From contig NIVC01000406.1 of NCBI GenBank assembly GCA_002269645.1, positions 30,052 through 94,051 on the forward strand: a stretch of DNA of 64,000 nucleotides, read 5' to 3'. Within the stretch, counting starts at the first letter, position 1; each line of letters begins with the position of its first letter. The notes under the pieces were generated by a model. It ran no database searches and had not been told where the DNA came from. It worked only from the letters and a program-made list of their open reading frames with translations. The position numbers and the translations under genes were made by a program. Of this stretch, positions 12,440 through 25,289 are shown one piece after another. The DNA comes from Macrostomum lignano (lineage: Eukaryota).

Positions 12440-13235
12440 TTCCCCCTAGTGTTTATGTAGGGTTTCCCCCTAGTGTTTATGTAGGGTTTCCCTAGTGTTT
12501 ATGTAGGGTTTCCCTAGTGTATATGTAGGGTTTTCCCTAGTGTTTATGTAGGGTTTTCCCTAGTGTTTATGTAGGGTTTTCCCTAGTGTTTATGTAGGGT
12601 TTCCCCCTAGTGTTTATGTAGGGTTTCCCCCTAGTGTTTATGTAGGGTTTCCCCCTAGTGTTTATGTAGGGTTTCCCCTAGTGTTTATGTAGGGTTTCCC
12701 CTAGTGTTTATGTAGGGTTTCCCCTAGTGTTTATGTAGGGTTTTCCCTAATGTTTATGTAGGGTTTTCCCTAGTGTTTATGTAGAGTTTCCCCTAGTGTT
12801 TATGCAGGGTTTCCCCTAGTGTTTATGTAGGGTTTCCCCTAGTGTTTATGTAGGGTTTTCCCTAGTGTTTATACAGGGTTTCCCCTAGTGTTTAGACAGG
12901 GTTTCCCCTAGTGTTTAGACAGGGTTTCCCCTTGTGTTTATACAGGGTTTCCCCTTGTGTTTAGACAGGGTTTCCCCTAGTGTTTAGACAGGGTTTCCCC
13001 TAGTGTTTATACAGGGTTTCCCCTAGTGTTTAGACAGGGTTTCCCCTAGTGTTTAGACAGGGTTTCCCCTAGTGTTTAGACAGGGTTTCCCCTAGTGTTT
13101 AGACAGGGTTTCCCCTAGTGTTTAGACAGGGTTTCCCCTAGTGTTTAGACAGGGTTTACCCTAGTGTTTAGACAGGGTTTCCCCTTGTGTTTAGACAGGG
13201 TTTCCCCTAGTGTTTAGACAGGGTTTCCCCTTGTG
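12440..13235. repeat. ~23-24-bp minisatellite with an internal CCCTA/TAGGG hairpin
   Basis: Unit CCCCTAGTGTTTATGTAGGGTTT, changing to ...TTTAGACAGGGTTT in the 3' half. Confidence 0.95.
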
Positions 13236-13358
13236 TTTAGAATGACTGAATAATTAATATTTGCAATGCTTCGCCATTTAACCTGAAATTAAATAATCTA
13301 AATCGTTAACAATAACGCTCATGCGGTTTTTAAAACTTCAACTAATAAATAAACAGCA

Positions 13359-14372
13359 ATGGCTAGCAAAGACAGTGCGGTGGCTCACAGCCTCACAAAC
13401 CCCGAGATCAGTCGCTACAGTCGGCAGTTAATTATGCCCGAAATTGGCGTCGCCGGTCAAATGGCTTTGAAGTCCAGCCGGGTGCTAATTATCGGCGCGG
13501 GGGGTCTGGGCTGCCCTGCCGCTATCTACCTGGCCGCTGCTGGGGTTGGTGAGTGCTCGCTGACCATTCTGTGTGGGGCTAAAATTAGCCCAGCTTGATC
13601 TGGCTTCATTTATAAATACTAGTCAGTATAATGATCACTCACATTAGGGCCCAATAATAAAATCACTCTCTTGGGCGATTTCAAATGGAAAATCACTCTC
13701 TTGGCTCCCTAATGGAAAATCACTCTCTTGGATCCCTAATGGAAAATCAGTCTCTTGGATCCCTAATGGAAAATCACTCTCTTGGATCCCTAATGGAAAA
13801 TCACTCTCTTGGATCCCTAATGGAAAATCACTCTCTTAGATCCCAAAATTCCCAATGGAAAATCACTCTCTTAGATCCCAAAATTCCCAATGGAAAATCA
13901 CTCTCTTAGATCCCAAAATTCCCAATGGAAAATCACTCTCCCTTTAATCCTCCGCAGGCCACATAGGCATAGTGGATCACGACAATGTTGAGCTGAGCAA
14001 TCTGCATCGCCAGATTCTGCACACAGAATCTGCTATTGGCACACCTAAAGCCGTCTCTGCTGCTGAGCAGTGCCGCAGGTAATTTTTTGCTTTTACAGGT
14101 AGGCAATGTTAGTAGACTTGGTAAACTTTATTTAATTAATGCTGTTGGTTTTATTTATTTTTCTCTCAGGCTAAATTCAAGCATTACTTTGGAGCCGATC
14201 ACAGAGAAATTTACTAACAAAGTGGCTATGAACATTGTTAGTCGGTGAGTTCAATTATCAAATTAAATACTGTTTTTGATAGTGCTAAGCAAGTACGAGT
14301 AAATAAAATACTGTAATAAGTGTTGTATATGATGTACTACTACTACCACTACTACTACTACTACTACTAATG

Positions 14373-14405
<33 letters not shown>

Positions 14406-14489
14406 GTGCTACTACTACCACTACTACTACTACTAGTACTACTACTGCTACTACTACCACCACTACAACTACTAGTACTACTACTACTG

Positions 14490-14535
<46 letters not shown>

Positions 14536-15342
14536 TACTACTACTAGTACTACTACTACTGCTACCACTACTACTACTACTAATGCTACTACTACTACTA
14601 CTAGTACTACTACTACTGCTACCACTACTACTACTACTAATGCTACTACTACTACTACTACTAGTACTACTACTAATGCTACTACTACTACTATTAATGC
14701 TACTCCTACTACTACTAATGCCACTACTACTACTACTAATGCTACTACTACTACTACTAGTACTACTACTACTGCTACTACTACCACCACTACTACTACT
14801 AGTACTACTACTACTGCTACTACTACCACTACTACTACTACTAGTACTACTACTACTGCTACTACTACCACCACTACTACTACTACCACTACGCTCGTAG
14901 TACTACTACTACTACTACCACCACTACTACTACTAGTACTACTACTACTGCTACCACTACTACTACTACTAATGCTACTACTACTACTACTAGTACTACT
15001 ACTACTGCTACCACTACTACTACTACTAATGCTACTACTACTACTACTACTAGTACTACTACTAATGCTACTACTACTACTATTAATGCTACTCCTACTA
15101 CTACTAATGCCACTACTACTACTACTAATGCTACTACTACTACTACTAGTACTACTACTACTGCTACTACTACCACCACTACTACTACTAGTACTACTAC
15201 TACTGCTACTACTACCACTACTACTACTACTAGTACTACTACTACTGCTACTACTACCACCACTACTACTACTACTACTACTACGCTCGTAGTACTACTA
15301 CTACTACTACCACCACTACTACTACTAGTACTACTACTACTG

Positions 15343-15385
<43 letters not shown>

Positions 15386-18300
15386 TACTACTACTAGTAC
15401 TACTACTACTGCTACCACTACTACTACTACTAATGCTACTACTACTACTACTAGTACTACTACTACTGCTACCACTACTACTACTACTAATGCTACTACT
15501 ACTACTACTAGTACTACTACTAATGCTACTACTACTACTATTAATGCTACTCCTACTACTACTAATGCCACTACTACTACTACTAATGCTACTACTACTA
15601 CTACTAGTACTACTACTACTGCTACTACTACCACCACTACTACTACTAGTACTACTACTACTGCTACTACTACCACTACTACTAGTACTACTACTACTGC
15701 TACTACTACCACCACTACTACTACTACTACTACGCTCGTAGTACTACTACTACTACTACCACCACTACTACTACTAGTACTACTACTACTGCTACCACTA
15801 CTACTACTACTACTACTACCACCACTACTACTACTAGTACTACTACTACTGCTACCACTACTACTACTACTACTAATGCTACTACTACTACTACTAGTAC
15901 TACTACTACTGCTACCACTACTACTACTACTAATGCTACTACTACTACTACTACTAGTACTACTACTAATGCTACTACTACTACTATTAATGCTACTCCT
16001 ACTACTACTAATGCCACTACTACTACTACTAATGCTACTACTACTACTAGTACTACTACTACTGCTACCACTACTACTACTACTAATGCTACTACTACTA
16101 CTACTACTAGTACTACTAGTAATGCTACTACTACTACTATTAATGCTACTCCTACTACTACTAATGCCACTACTACTACTACTAATGCTACTACTACTAC
16201 TACTAGTACTACTACTAATGCTACTACTACTACTAGCCCTTGCCCGATATCCCTTCTCAACCCGCAGCTTCGACCTGGTGCTGGACTGCACAGACAACGT
16301 GGCCACCCGCTATCTAATCAATGACGCCTGCGTCCTAGCCGGCAAGCCGCTGGTATCCGGCGCTGCTCTCGGCTTTGAAGGGCAACTCTGCGTGTACAAT
16401 CACCGCGGCGGGCCGTGCTACCGGTGTCTGCACCCGGCCCCGCCTCCACCCGAGACCGTGGTGTCCTGCGCCGAGGGTGGCGTACTGGGTTTAGTGCCAG
16501 GCATTATTGGTAGCATGCAGGTATAATAATTCATGTCCTGTCATGTCCTTCTCTGTCACCTCGCATTTCCTCCGTTACTATCCCTCGCTTCCCCCCTCTA
16601 TCCTTCCCCATCCCCCCTCGGTTCCTCCCTCTATCCTTCCCTATCCCCCTCGCTTCCCCACTCTATCCTTCCCCATTTCCCCTCGGCTCCTCTCTCTATC
16701 CTTCATTCTTTCCCCATCTCCCCCTCGCTTCCCCTCTCTATCCTTCCCCATCTCCTCTCGCTTCCTCTCCTATCCTTCCCCATCTCCCCCCTCGCTTCCC
16801 CTCTCCTATCCTTCCCCATCTCCCCCCTCGCTTCCCTCTCTATCCTTCCCCATCTCCCCTCGGCTCCTCTCTCTATCCTTCATTCCTTCCCCATCCCCCC
16901 CTCGCTTCCCCTCTCTATCCTTCCCCATCTCCTCTCGCTTCCTCTCCTATCCTTCCCCATCTCCCCCCTCGCTTCCCTCTCTATCCTTCCCCATCTCCCC
17001 TCGGCTCCTCTCTCTATCCTTCATTCCTTCCCCATCTCCCCCTCGCTTCCCCTCTCTATCCTTCCCCATCTCCTCTCGCTTCCTCTCCTATCCTTCCCCA
17101 TCTCCCCCCTCGCTTCCCCTCTCCTATCCTTCCCCATCTCCCCCCTCGCTTCCCCTCTCTATCCTTCCCCATCTCCCCCTCGGTTCCTCTATCTATCCTT
17201 CAAATTCTCCTCATTTCTCATTATTCAGGCTCTGGAAGCAGTCAAAGTAATCCTGCAGCCGGTTCAGGCGAAAGCCAATCTGTCAGCTACTGGCGCTGGC
17301 ACTGAAGAACAGCAGCAGCAGCCGCCGCAGGCGCCCAAACAACAGCTGAGACTATTCAACGCCTTAGAGAGCTCCCTACGCTGCGTAGCTATCAGGAAAC
17401 GCTCGCCAGGCTGCGAAGTCTGCGGTCGGGAGCCTCGCATTGTCGACGTGCGCTCCGTTGATTATGAAGCTTTCTGCGGCCTGCCAGCCTGCGACTTGGT
17501 GACGCCAAGGACGCCGCTGCCCGGTCAGACTCGAATCAGCGCCACCGAGTTTGCTAAGGTTTGTTTTGCAGCTTCACTTGTGTTTAGGCTTGTATTGCCG
17601 TTAGCTAGCCAGGTTCTGTAATTTTAGGTCTCTAGACACTAACATCTCGTCTAAGGACTAGCTTTAGACCTTTGAGAGCCCTATGTGAAGCTTCAGGAGC
17701 ACATCCAATCTGAAGAGTCTGTTGTACAGCCAGAACCTGAAGGGCCTGTTTTACACCCAGAACCCGAAGGGCCTAGTGTACACCCAGAACCTAGGGTGTC
17801 TGTTGTACACCCAGAACGTAGGGTGTCTGTTGTACACCCAGAACCTAGGGTGTCTGTTGTACACCCAGAACCTAGGGTGTCTGTTGTACACCCAGAATTT
17901 GAAGGCCAATGAAGAGTCTGTTGTACACCCAGAATTTGAAGGCCAATGAAGAGTCTGTTGTACACCATTGTACACAATGCAACCATTGATTTTAAACCCA
18001 CGCCACCATCAGGTGTACAATACCGCCGGATCGTCGCCGACAGAACAGCGATCGCCGCGTCTGCTTCTCGACGTTCGTCCGGAATGCGAGTTCGCCATCT
18101 GCCGGCTTCGTGGCAGCCTCAACGTGCCGCTGTCTCGATTGGCCCAGCCTGTTGGCAAAAGTCTTCTGGCTGAGGCTCTGCAACCTCTGTTAAACAGTTC
18201 TTTGGCTGCCGGAGATGCCAGCTTCTGCGATAAGGACAAACTTTTGCCAGGTGAGCAGGTTTTTCAGTTGCAACTGGAGTTTTTGCTCCAGTAATTCGAT

Positions 18301-19758
18301 TTACTAGAAATTACGTTCTTAAATCTAATTAAAGATCACCCTCAGATCTCATCGAAAATCGCCCTCTCGAATCCTGTAAATAATCGCCCTCCAATGCTTA
18401 TGAAAATTATCCTCAAATCCCAATGCAAAATCAGCCTTGAATACTGCTATACATTGGCCTCCAATGCTACCGAAAATAGGCCTTCAATACTACTGAAAAT
18501 TGGCCTTCAATCCTAGTGTAAAATAGGCCTTCAATACTACTGCAAAATAGGCCTTCAATACTACTGCAAAATAGCCTTCAATCCTAGTGTAAAATAGGCC
18601 TTCAATACTACTGCAAAATAGCCTTCAATCCTAGTGTAAAATAGGCCTTCAATACTACTGCAAAATAGGCCTTCAATACTACTGCAAAATAGGCCTTTAA
18701 TACTACTGCAAAATAGGCCTTCAATACTACTGAAAATAGGCCTTCAATACTACTGCAAAATAGGCCTTCAATCCTAGTGCAAAATAGGCCTTCAATACTA
18801 CTGCAAAATAGGCCTTCAATACTACTGCAAAATAGGCCTTCAATACTACTGCAAAATAGGCCTTCAATACTACTGCAAAATAGCCTTCAATCCTAGTGTA
18901 AAATAGGCCTTCAATACTACTGCAAAATAGGCCTTCAATACTACTGCAAAAAGGCCTTCAATACTACTGCAAAATAGGCCTTCAATACTACTGCAAAAAG
19001 GCCTTCAATACTAATGCAAAAAGGCCTTCAATACTAATGCAAAAAGGCCTTCAATACTACTGCAAAAAGGCCTTCAATACTAATGCAAAAAGGCCTTCAA
19101 TACTAATGCAAAAAGGCCTTCAATACTAATGCAAAAAAGGCCTTCAATACTACTGCAAAATAGGCCTTCAATACTACTGCAAAATAGGCCTTCAATACTA
19201 CTGCAAAATAGGCCTTCAATACTACTGCAAAATAGGCCTTCAATGCTACTGCAAAATAGGCCTTCAATACTACTGCAAAATAGGCCTTCAATGCTACTGC
19301 AAAATAGGCCTTCAATGCTACTGCAAAATAGGCCTTCAATACTACTGCAAAATAGGCCTTCAATGCTACTGCAAAATAGGCCTTCAATACTACTGCAAAA
19401 AGGCCTTCAATACTACAGCAAAATAGGCCTTCAATACTACTGCAAAAAGGCCTTCAATACTACAGCAAAATAGGCCTTCAATACTACTGCAAAATAGGCC
19501 TTCAATATTACCGAAAATCGCGCTGTAGTTAGATTAACAACGACATTTTTACTCTATTTTTCAACTTAAATTTTTATGCAACAACCATCGCCCTCGCCGT
19601 TCCCAGTGTACGTAATCTGTCGCCGTGGCAACGACTCTCAAGTGGCGGTTCGCATCCTGCAAGAGCAGCTGGCTGACCGGCCCTGCCGTCTAATAGACAT
19701 TGCTGGCGGCCTCACCGCCTGGGCTGCTCAAGTTGATCGAGAATTCCCTATTTATTAA
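13359..19758 (+). CDS. MOCS3: Adenylyltransferase/sulfurtransferase MOCS3/UBA4 (MoeB/ThiF + rhodanese), 7 exons, ~452 aa
   Basis: Exons 13359-13548, 13958-14078, 14170-14244, 16268-16520, 17229-17558, 18013-18250, 19607-19758; all GT-AG, phases consistent, 1359 nt. Motifs [73 protein letters not shown]. Confidence 0.96.
13672..13940. repeat. 27-bp minisatellite in MOCS3 intron 1
   Basis: Unit ATGGAAAATCACTCTCTTGGATCCCTA. Confidence 0.92.
14335..16235. repeat. (CTA)n-based satellite with higher-order blocks, MOCS3 intron 3
   Basis: CTA triplets with CCA/CTG/ATG/GTA variants; the marker ACGCTCGTAG recurs at about 14891, 15282 and 15732. Confidence 0.97.
16560..17200. repeat. C/T-rich degenerate tandem repeat, MOCS3 intron 4
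   Basis: Units such as CCCCCTCGCTTCCCTCTCTATCCTTCCCCATCT. Confidence 0.93.
17712..17965. repeat. ~27-37-bp tandem repeat, MOCS3 intron 5
   Basis: GTCTGTTGTACACCCAGAACCTAGGGT units. Confidence 0.88.
18440..19510. repeat. 24-bp minisatellite, MOCS3 intron 6
   Basis: Unit AAAATAGGCCTTCAATACTACTGC. Confidence 0.96.
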
Positions 19759-20344
19759 TTAATAATTCTTACTAATTAACAGGTCTTTTGTACTATATCA
19801 AAAAGATAGGTCACTGAGCTTTGAATATATAAACAGACACTAATAATTTGATCGATTTTGCTTATAAAGGCAAAGAATGGTGGTTCAGTCAGGATGGCTC
19901 CTTTTTTCAAACTCTTGGTGCCCTTCACTTTTAGATTTTTCTTTTAGTCTGTGTAAAATAAAGTTTGAAAAAATGATTAATTTGCGCATTTCTACTAACA
20001 GTAGTATTTTCGTAGTGCATAATTAACGACTTAAGTCTGCTTTTATAGAAACTCAATTTCCTCTAGGGGATCTGGTAAAAAAATTTCGGGTCAGTTATTT
20101 GTTCTCAAATCAGTTTATTCTCGGTGAATTGTTTATTTAATTATTTAATGCCAAATATTTGAATTGTATATGTTAATTAGTTCGTATGTTAATGCTTATA
20201 AACCCCGAATACATGTTAATGTATTTCTATTTTTAAATTCAGCTGAAATTTTTTATCAATTCTTTGTTTATTTAATCTTGTCTACAAAGTGCAAAAAAAT
20301 CGATAAAAACTTTTTATTACTTTCTTTTTGAAGCGGTCCATGAT

Positions 20345-20755
20345 TAGCTGCGCCAATTAGATTAGGCTTAGGCTAGACTATGGGGAGAACCCATAGTTTA
20401 GGTCACGTGATTTAGCTAGCGATCCGCTCAGCCAATCAGATTAGGCCTAGGCTAGACTATGGGAAGGAACCATAGTTTAGGTCACGTGATTTAGCTAGCG
20501 CTCCGCTCAGCCAATCAGATTAGGCCTAGGCTATGTGGAGGAACCTAGTTTAGGTCACGTGATTTAGCTAGCGCTCCGCTCAGCCAATCAGATTAGGCCT
20601 AGGCTAGACTATGGGGAGGACCCATAGTTTAGGTCACGTGATTTAGCTAGCGCTCCACTTAACCAATCAGATTAGACCGGACCCATAGTTTAGGTCACGT
20701 GATTTAGCTAGCGCTCCGCTCAGCCAATCAGATTAGGCCTAGGCTAGACTATAGT
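20345..20755 (+). promoter_or_regulatory. Tandem array (61-79-bp units) of E-box + CCAAT motifs upstream of the Aurora kinase gene
   Basis: GGTCACGTGAT at 20401, 20480, 20553, 20632 and 20693, each followed 18 bp later by (A/G)CCAATCAG. The array ends ~570 bp upstream of the Aurora ATG. The repeat is certain; regulatory function is inferred. Confidence 0.5.
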
Positions 20756-21325
20756 TAGCACGGAAGAAAAATACGATTGGGGTGGCTGTTGATTGAGCTT
20801 CCTCCCTCGTCCTTATCTATAAGGCAATTTAGGTGTAAATGTAATCAGTTAATTTCTTGTTTAATCCAAGCTGCCGTAAATCGGTTTTAATTATGTTTTA
20901 CTTATATTTACTTACTAATATGCTTGCTATATCCAGAGTCAGTGTTTTTAGTCAGACTGAGTAAGTACGTAAATAAAATACAAGTTTTAATGCTTTCAAA
21001 GCTATTTTGGAGACTGATAATTTATTGTAGCTTTTATTACTTTTTCTACTTTTGAAGTAGTATGTAGGCTATTATTTATGCTATTCACACTCATGAGAGT
21101 CAGCCCCCAAAGCCACAGAGAGTGTGCATTCCTGACGACACTGAGACTTGAACTGAATTGGGCTGAGGCTAATTCCGCTTTTGGCCATAGACTAAAGAAA
21201 CACTTTATCCACTCTCGAGCTCGAATTGAATGTCATTCCGCATTTTACACTAAATATTCCAGCCGTTAACTTCACTTAAACGCAAATTCGACGCGTCCAG
21301 TAGTCGAGTTCAAGCCACCGCTAGC

Positions 21326-24300
21326 ATGGAATCCACGGCCAACAGTAAGAAGAAAACCGATGTTGATACCGCCGCTACTAAGAAACGCTTGCCAGTGTCA
21401 TCGGCAGCGTCATCTTATCGCTTGCCTGTGCCGCATCAGCAGCCGGCATCGCGTGTCCAATCTCAGTTGAGGCCGCCAGCCGCAGGCGCTAGATTTGGTG
21501 CTGGATCTGCTGCTACTGCTGCCGGTACTGCCACTTCAGCTAAAGAGAACAAGCGACCATTGGTATCGGCAACAGCAGCCGCTGGAGGCCGATACCAGCT
21601 GCAACATCCGGCGCCTAGACCTGCAGCTGGCCAGGCGCATCCTCCTTCATCAACATCTGCTGCGGCTGCGGCTAAGACCGCCGCTGCCAATGCCGCGGCC
21701 CTCAGACTCCGGGCCGCTGCTGCCGCTGCCGCCGCGTCAACTCCAGCAGCAGCTTCAGCCTCTTCGTCATCCTCTGTGTCAGCTTCAACTTCGGAGCGCT
21801 TAAAACAGCTGACGGTGTCGTCTGCTGCCAAGCTGGCCCAGCAGGACAAGCTGAAATCCGCCACTAATATCGATATGATTAGGGCTAAGCTGAAGCAGAC
21901 TGTTGCTGTCGATGCTGCTGCCTCTGGTTCCGCCTCAGCATCCGCCTCAGCTGCCGCTCCGTCTTCATCCGATGCCGATGCAGCCGCTAAACTGGGCCAA
22001 GTGAAGCTGGACGCCAACGGTCCAACTGGCGATATTAATCGTGAGGACAAGGAAACGCTCAGCGATACAATTTGTCGATTAGAATGCGAGGGGGACAATG
22101 AGCAGTCTGACAAGCAGAAGTCTGTTCGGCAGCAGAAACAGGTAAAGATCGATTCTTCATCGATTTTTAGTTACAAGAATTCTTATGTGAAATACAGTTT
22201 TTATATTCTACTTAAGATTTAAAAATCCTAATCCAAAACTTATAAGCCCCTTGATTCTCCATCTCAAACTTAGGAATCCCCACCCCAAACTTTAGAATCC
22301 CCATCCAAATCTCGGGAATCCCCATCCAAATCTCGGGAATCCCCATTCAAATCTCGGGAATCCCCATCCAAATCTCGGGAATCCCTATTCAAATTTCGGG
22401 AATTCCCATCAAAATCTTGGGAATCACTATTCAAAACTGGGGAATCCCCATTCAAATCTCGGGAATCCCCATCCAAATCTCGGGAATCCCTATTCAAATT
22501 TCGGGAATTCCCATCAAAATCTTGGGAATCACTATTCAAAACTGGGGAATCCCCATTAAAATCTCGGGAATTCCCATCTAAATCTTGGGAATCACTTTTC
22601 AAAACTCGGGAACCCCATTCAAATCTCGGGAATCCCGATTCAAATCTTAGAAATTTGCATTCAAATCTCGGGAAGAATCCTTATCTAAATCTTGGGAATC
22701 CCCATTCAAAACTCGGGAATTCCCACAAAGACTTAGTAAGGCATACTGTTCCTTGCTGCAACAATTCAGAAGAATCTGCAATATTCAATAATATCAGGAT
22801 TCGGGTCAGCAACACCAGCAGCAGCAGCAGCAACAACAGCAGCGCCAACGGGAGCAATGGTCAATCCAAGACTTCGACATTGGCCAGATGCTTGGCCGCG
22901 GCAAATTCGGCTGCGTATTCCAGGGCCGCGAGAAGCGATCAGGTTTCCTAGTCGGCTTGAAGATCCTATTCAAGGCTCAGATTGATAAGTACGCCATTCA
23001 CAATCAGATTCGCCGCGAAATTGAAATCCAAAGCCACCTGCAGCATCCCAATATCCTGAGACTGTACGCCTATTTTCACGATCCCCGGCGAGTCTACCTG
23101 GTGCTGGAGTTTGCCAGCGGCGGCGAACTCTTCAAAATGTTGTCCTCTGCCAGCCGCTTCAGCGACAGGCGGGCGGCCACCTACATCTATCAGCTGCTGC
23201 ACGCGCTGCGCTACTGCCACTCGCTCAATGTCTATCATAGGGATATTAAGCCCGAGAACCTGCTGCTGTCCGGCAGCGGAGCGCTTAAGGTATTCTCTGC
23301 TCCCTGCATCTCCCCTGCTCCCTGCATCTCCTCTGCTCCCTGCATCTCCCCTGCTCCCTGCATCTCCTCTGCTCCCTGCATCTCCCCTGCTCCCTGCATC
23401 TCCTCTGCTCCCTGCATCTCCCCTGCTCCCTGCATCTCCTCTGCTCCCTGCATCTCCCCTGCTCCCTGCATCTCCTCTACTCCCTGCATCTCCCCTGCTC
23501 CCTGCATCTCCCCTGCTCCCTGCATCTCCTCTGCTCCCTGCATCTCCCCTGCTCCCTGCATCTCCTCTGCTCCCTGCATCTCCCCTGCTCCCTGCATCTC
23601 CTCTGCTCCCTGCATCTCCCCTGCTCCCTGCATCTCCTCTGCTCCCTGCATCTCCCCTGCTCCCTGCATCTCCTCTGCTCCCTGCATCTCCCCTGCTCCC
23701 TGCATCTCCTCTGCTCCCTGCATCTCCCCTGCTCCCTGCATCTCCTCTGCTCCCTGCATCTCCCCTGCTCCCTGCATCTCCTCTGCTCCCTGCATCTCCC
23801 CTGCTCCCTGCATCTCCTCTGCTCCCTGCATCTCCCCTGCTCCCTGCATCTCCTCTGCTCCCTGCATCTCCCCTGCTCCCTGCATCTCCTCTGCTCCCTG
23901 CATCTCCCCTGCTCCCTGCATCTCCTCTGCTCCCTGCATCTCCCCTGCTCCCTGCATCTCCTCTGCTCCCTGCATCTCCCCTGCTCCCTGCATCTCCTCT
24001 GCTCCCTGCATCTCCCCTGCTCCCTGCATCTCCTCTGCTCCCTGCATCTCCCCTGCTCCCTGCATCTCCTCTGCTCCCTGCATCTCCCTGCTCCCTGCAT
24101 CTCCTCTGCTCGCTGCATCTCCCCTGCTCCCTGCATCTCCCCTGCTCCCTGCATCTCCTCTGCTCCCTGCATCTCCCCTTCTCCCTGCATCTCCCCTGCT
24201 CCCTGCATCTCCTCTGCTCCCTGCATCTCACCTGCTCCCTGCATCTCACCTGCTCCCTGCATCTTCCTGTGCTCCATGCACCTCACCTGCTCCCTACATC

Positions 24301-24997
24301 TCCCTGCTCCCTGCATATTACTCTGCTCCCTGCATCTCACCTGCTCCCTGCATCTCCCTGCTCCCTACATCTCACCTGCTCCCTGCATCTCCCTGCTCCC
24401 TGCATCTCTCCTGCTCCCTGCATCTCCCTGCTCCCTACATCTCACCTGCTCCCTGCATCTCCCTGCATCTCCCTGCTCCCTGCATCTCTCCTGCATCTCC
24501 CTGCATCTCCCTGCTCCCTGCATCTCCGCTGCTCGCACACCCCCCCCCACTGACAATGTCCGGCTCTCCCGCAGATGGCCGACTTCGGCTGGTCGGTGCA
24601 CTCGCCGGGCTCAAACAGGACCACCGTGTGCGGCACCCCGGACTACCTGCCGCCAGAGATGATCGCCAACAAGCTCTACGATCACCGGGTGGACATCTGG
24701 GCCACCGGGGTCCTGACCTACGAGTTCCTTCGCGGTGCGCCGCCATTCTACGACAGCAACGACCAGTTGAAAATGTCGAAAATTGTTCGCGGCAAATTTG
24801 ACTGGCCAAAATTCTTTCAACCGTTGGCGAAATCTTTTATCGGCTCCATTCTGCGAGTCAATCCTGACGAACGGGCCAGCGTCCAGCAGCTCATGTCGCA
24901 TGCTTGGATTGAGAACTTCGCCGAGAAGGTGCTGGATCGGGGGCCGAACCTCACTGGCGAGGCTGAGCGACTGGCAGCTGCGGGCTCGGCTAACTGA
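21326..24997 (+). CDS. Aurora-family Ser/Thr kinase, 3 exons, ~576 aa, with a long Ala-rich N-terminus
   Basis: Exons 21326-22141, 22798-23289, 24575-24997 (all phase 0, GT-AG). Motifs WSIQDFDIGQMLGRGKFG, RREIEIQSHLQHPNILRLY, HRDIKPENLLL, DFGWSVH, RTTVCGTPDYLPPEM; KEN box at AKENKRPL. The A vs B subtype is not determinable by eye. Confidence 0.95.
22270..22730. repeat. 21-bp minisatellite, Aurora intron 1
   Basis: Unit GGGAATCCCCATCCAAATCTC. Confidence 0.93.
23297..24525. repeat. 18/36-bp C/T-rich minisatellite, Aurora intron 2
   Basis: Alternating CTCCCTGCATCTCCCCTG / CTCCCTGCATCTCCTCTG; explains the 22888-24801 read-through ORF. Confidence 0.97.
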
Positions 24998-25289
24998 CTG
25001 TGCGACTGCGACTGCGAAGCTTGATTTTTATATTTAATTATACTAATCCTCTTCTTGTCGTGTTTTAATAGCTCCGATAGTATATAAATCTGTTTACCAA
25101 GCTGTCTATTGTAGTACCCTAATTATAGTACACACTGCTCTTTAATATATCAAACCTATGATTTAAGGATAAAAATAAAATATAATAGAAGTACCGAATA
25201 TGCAATCAGTCCCGTGGCTGAGTTCTATTTTTGTGAGCTTGAACCCTTTATTATGCCATTTGCTAAACCACATACCCCAAACTTCACTC

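Noticed and set aside
14263-16306. Poly-Val/Leu/Ser ORFs
   Set aside because: (CTA)n satellite inside MOCS3 intron 3.
20345-20755. Possible CRISPR-like array
   Set aside because: Eukaryotic context, no unique spacers and no cas genes; it is a tandem repeat.
22888-24801. 637-aa ORF suggesting a kinase with a PAPCIS repeat insert
   Set aside because: It reads through intron 2 (GT at 23290, AG at 24573). The intron is 1285 nt, out of frame, and the DFG exon resumes at 24575.
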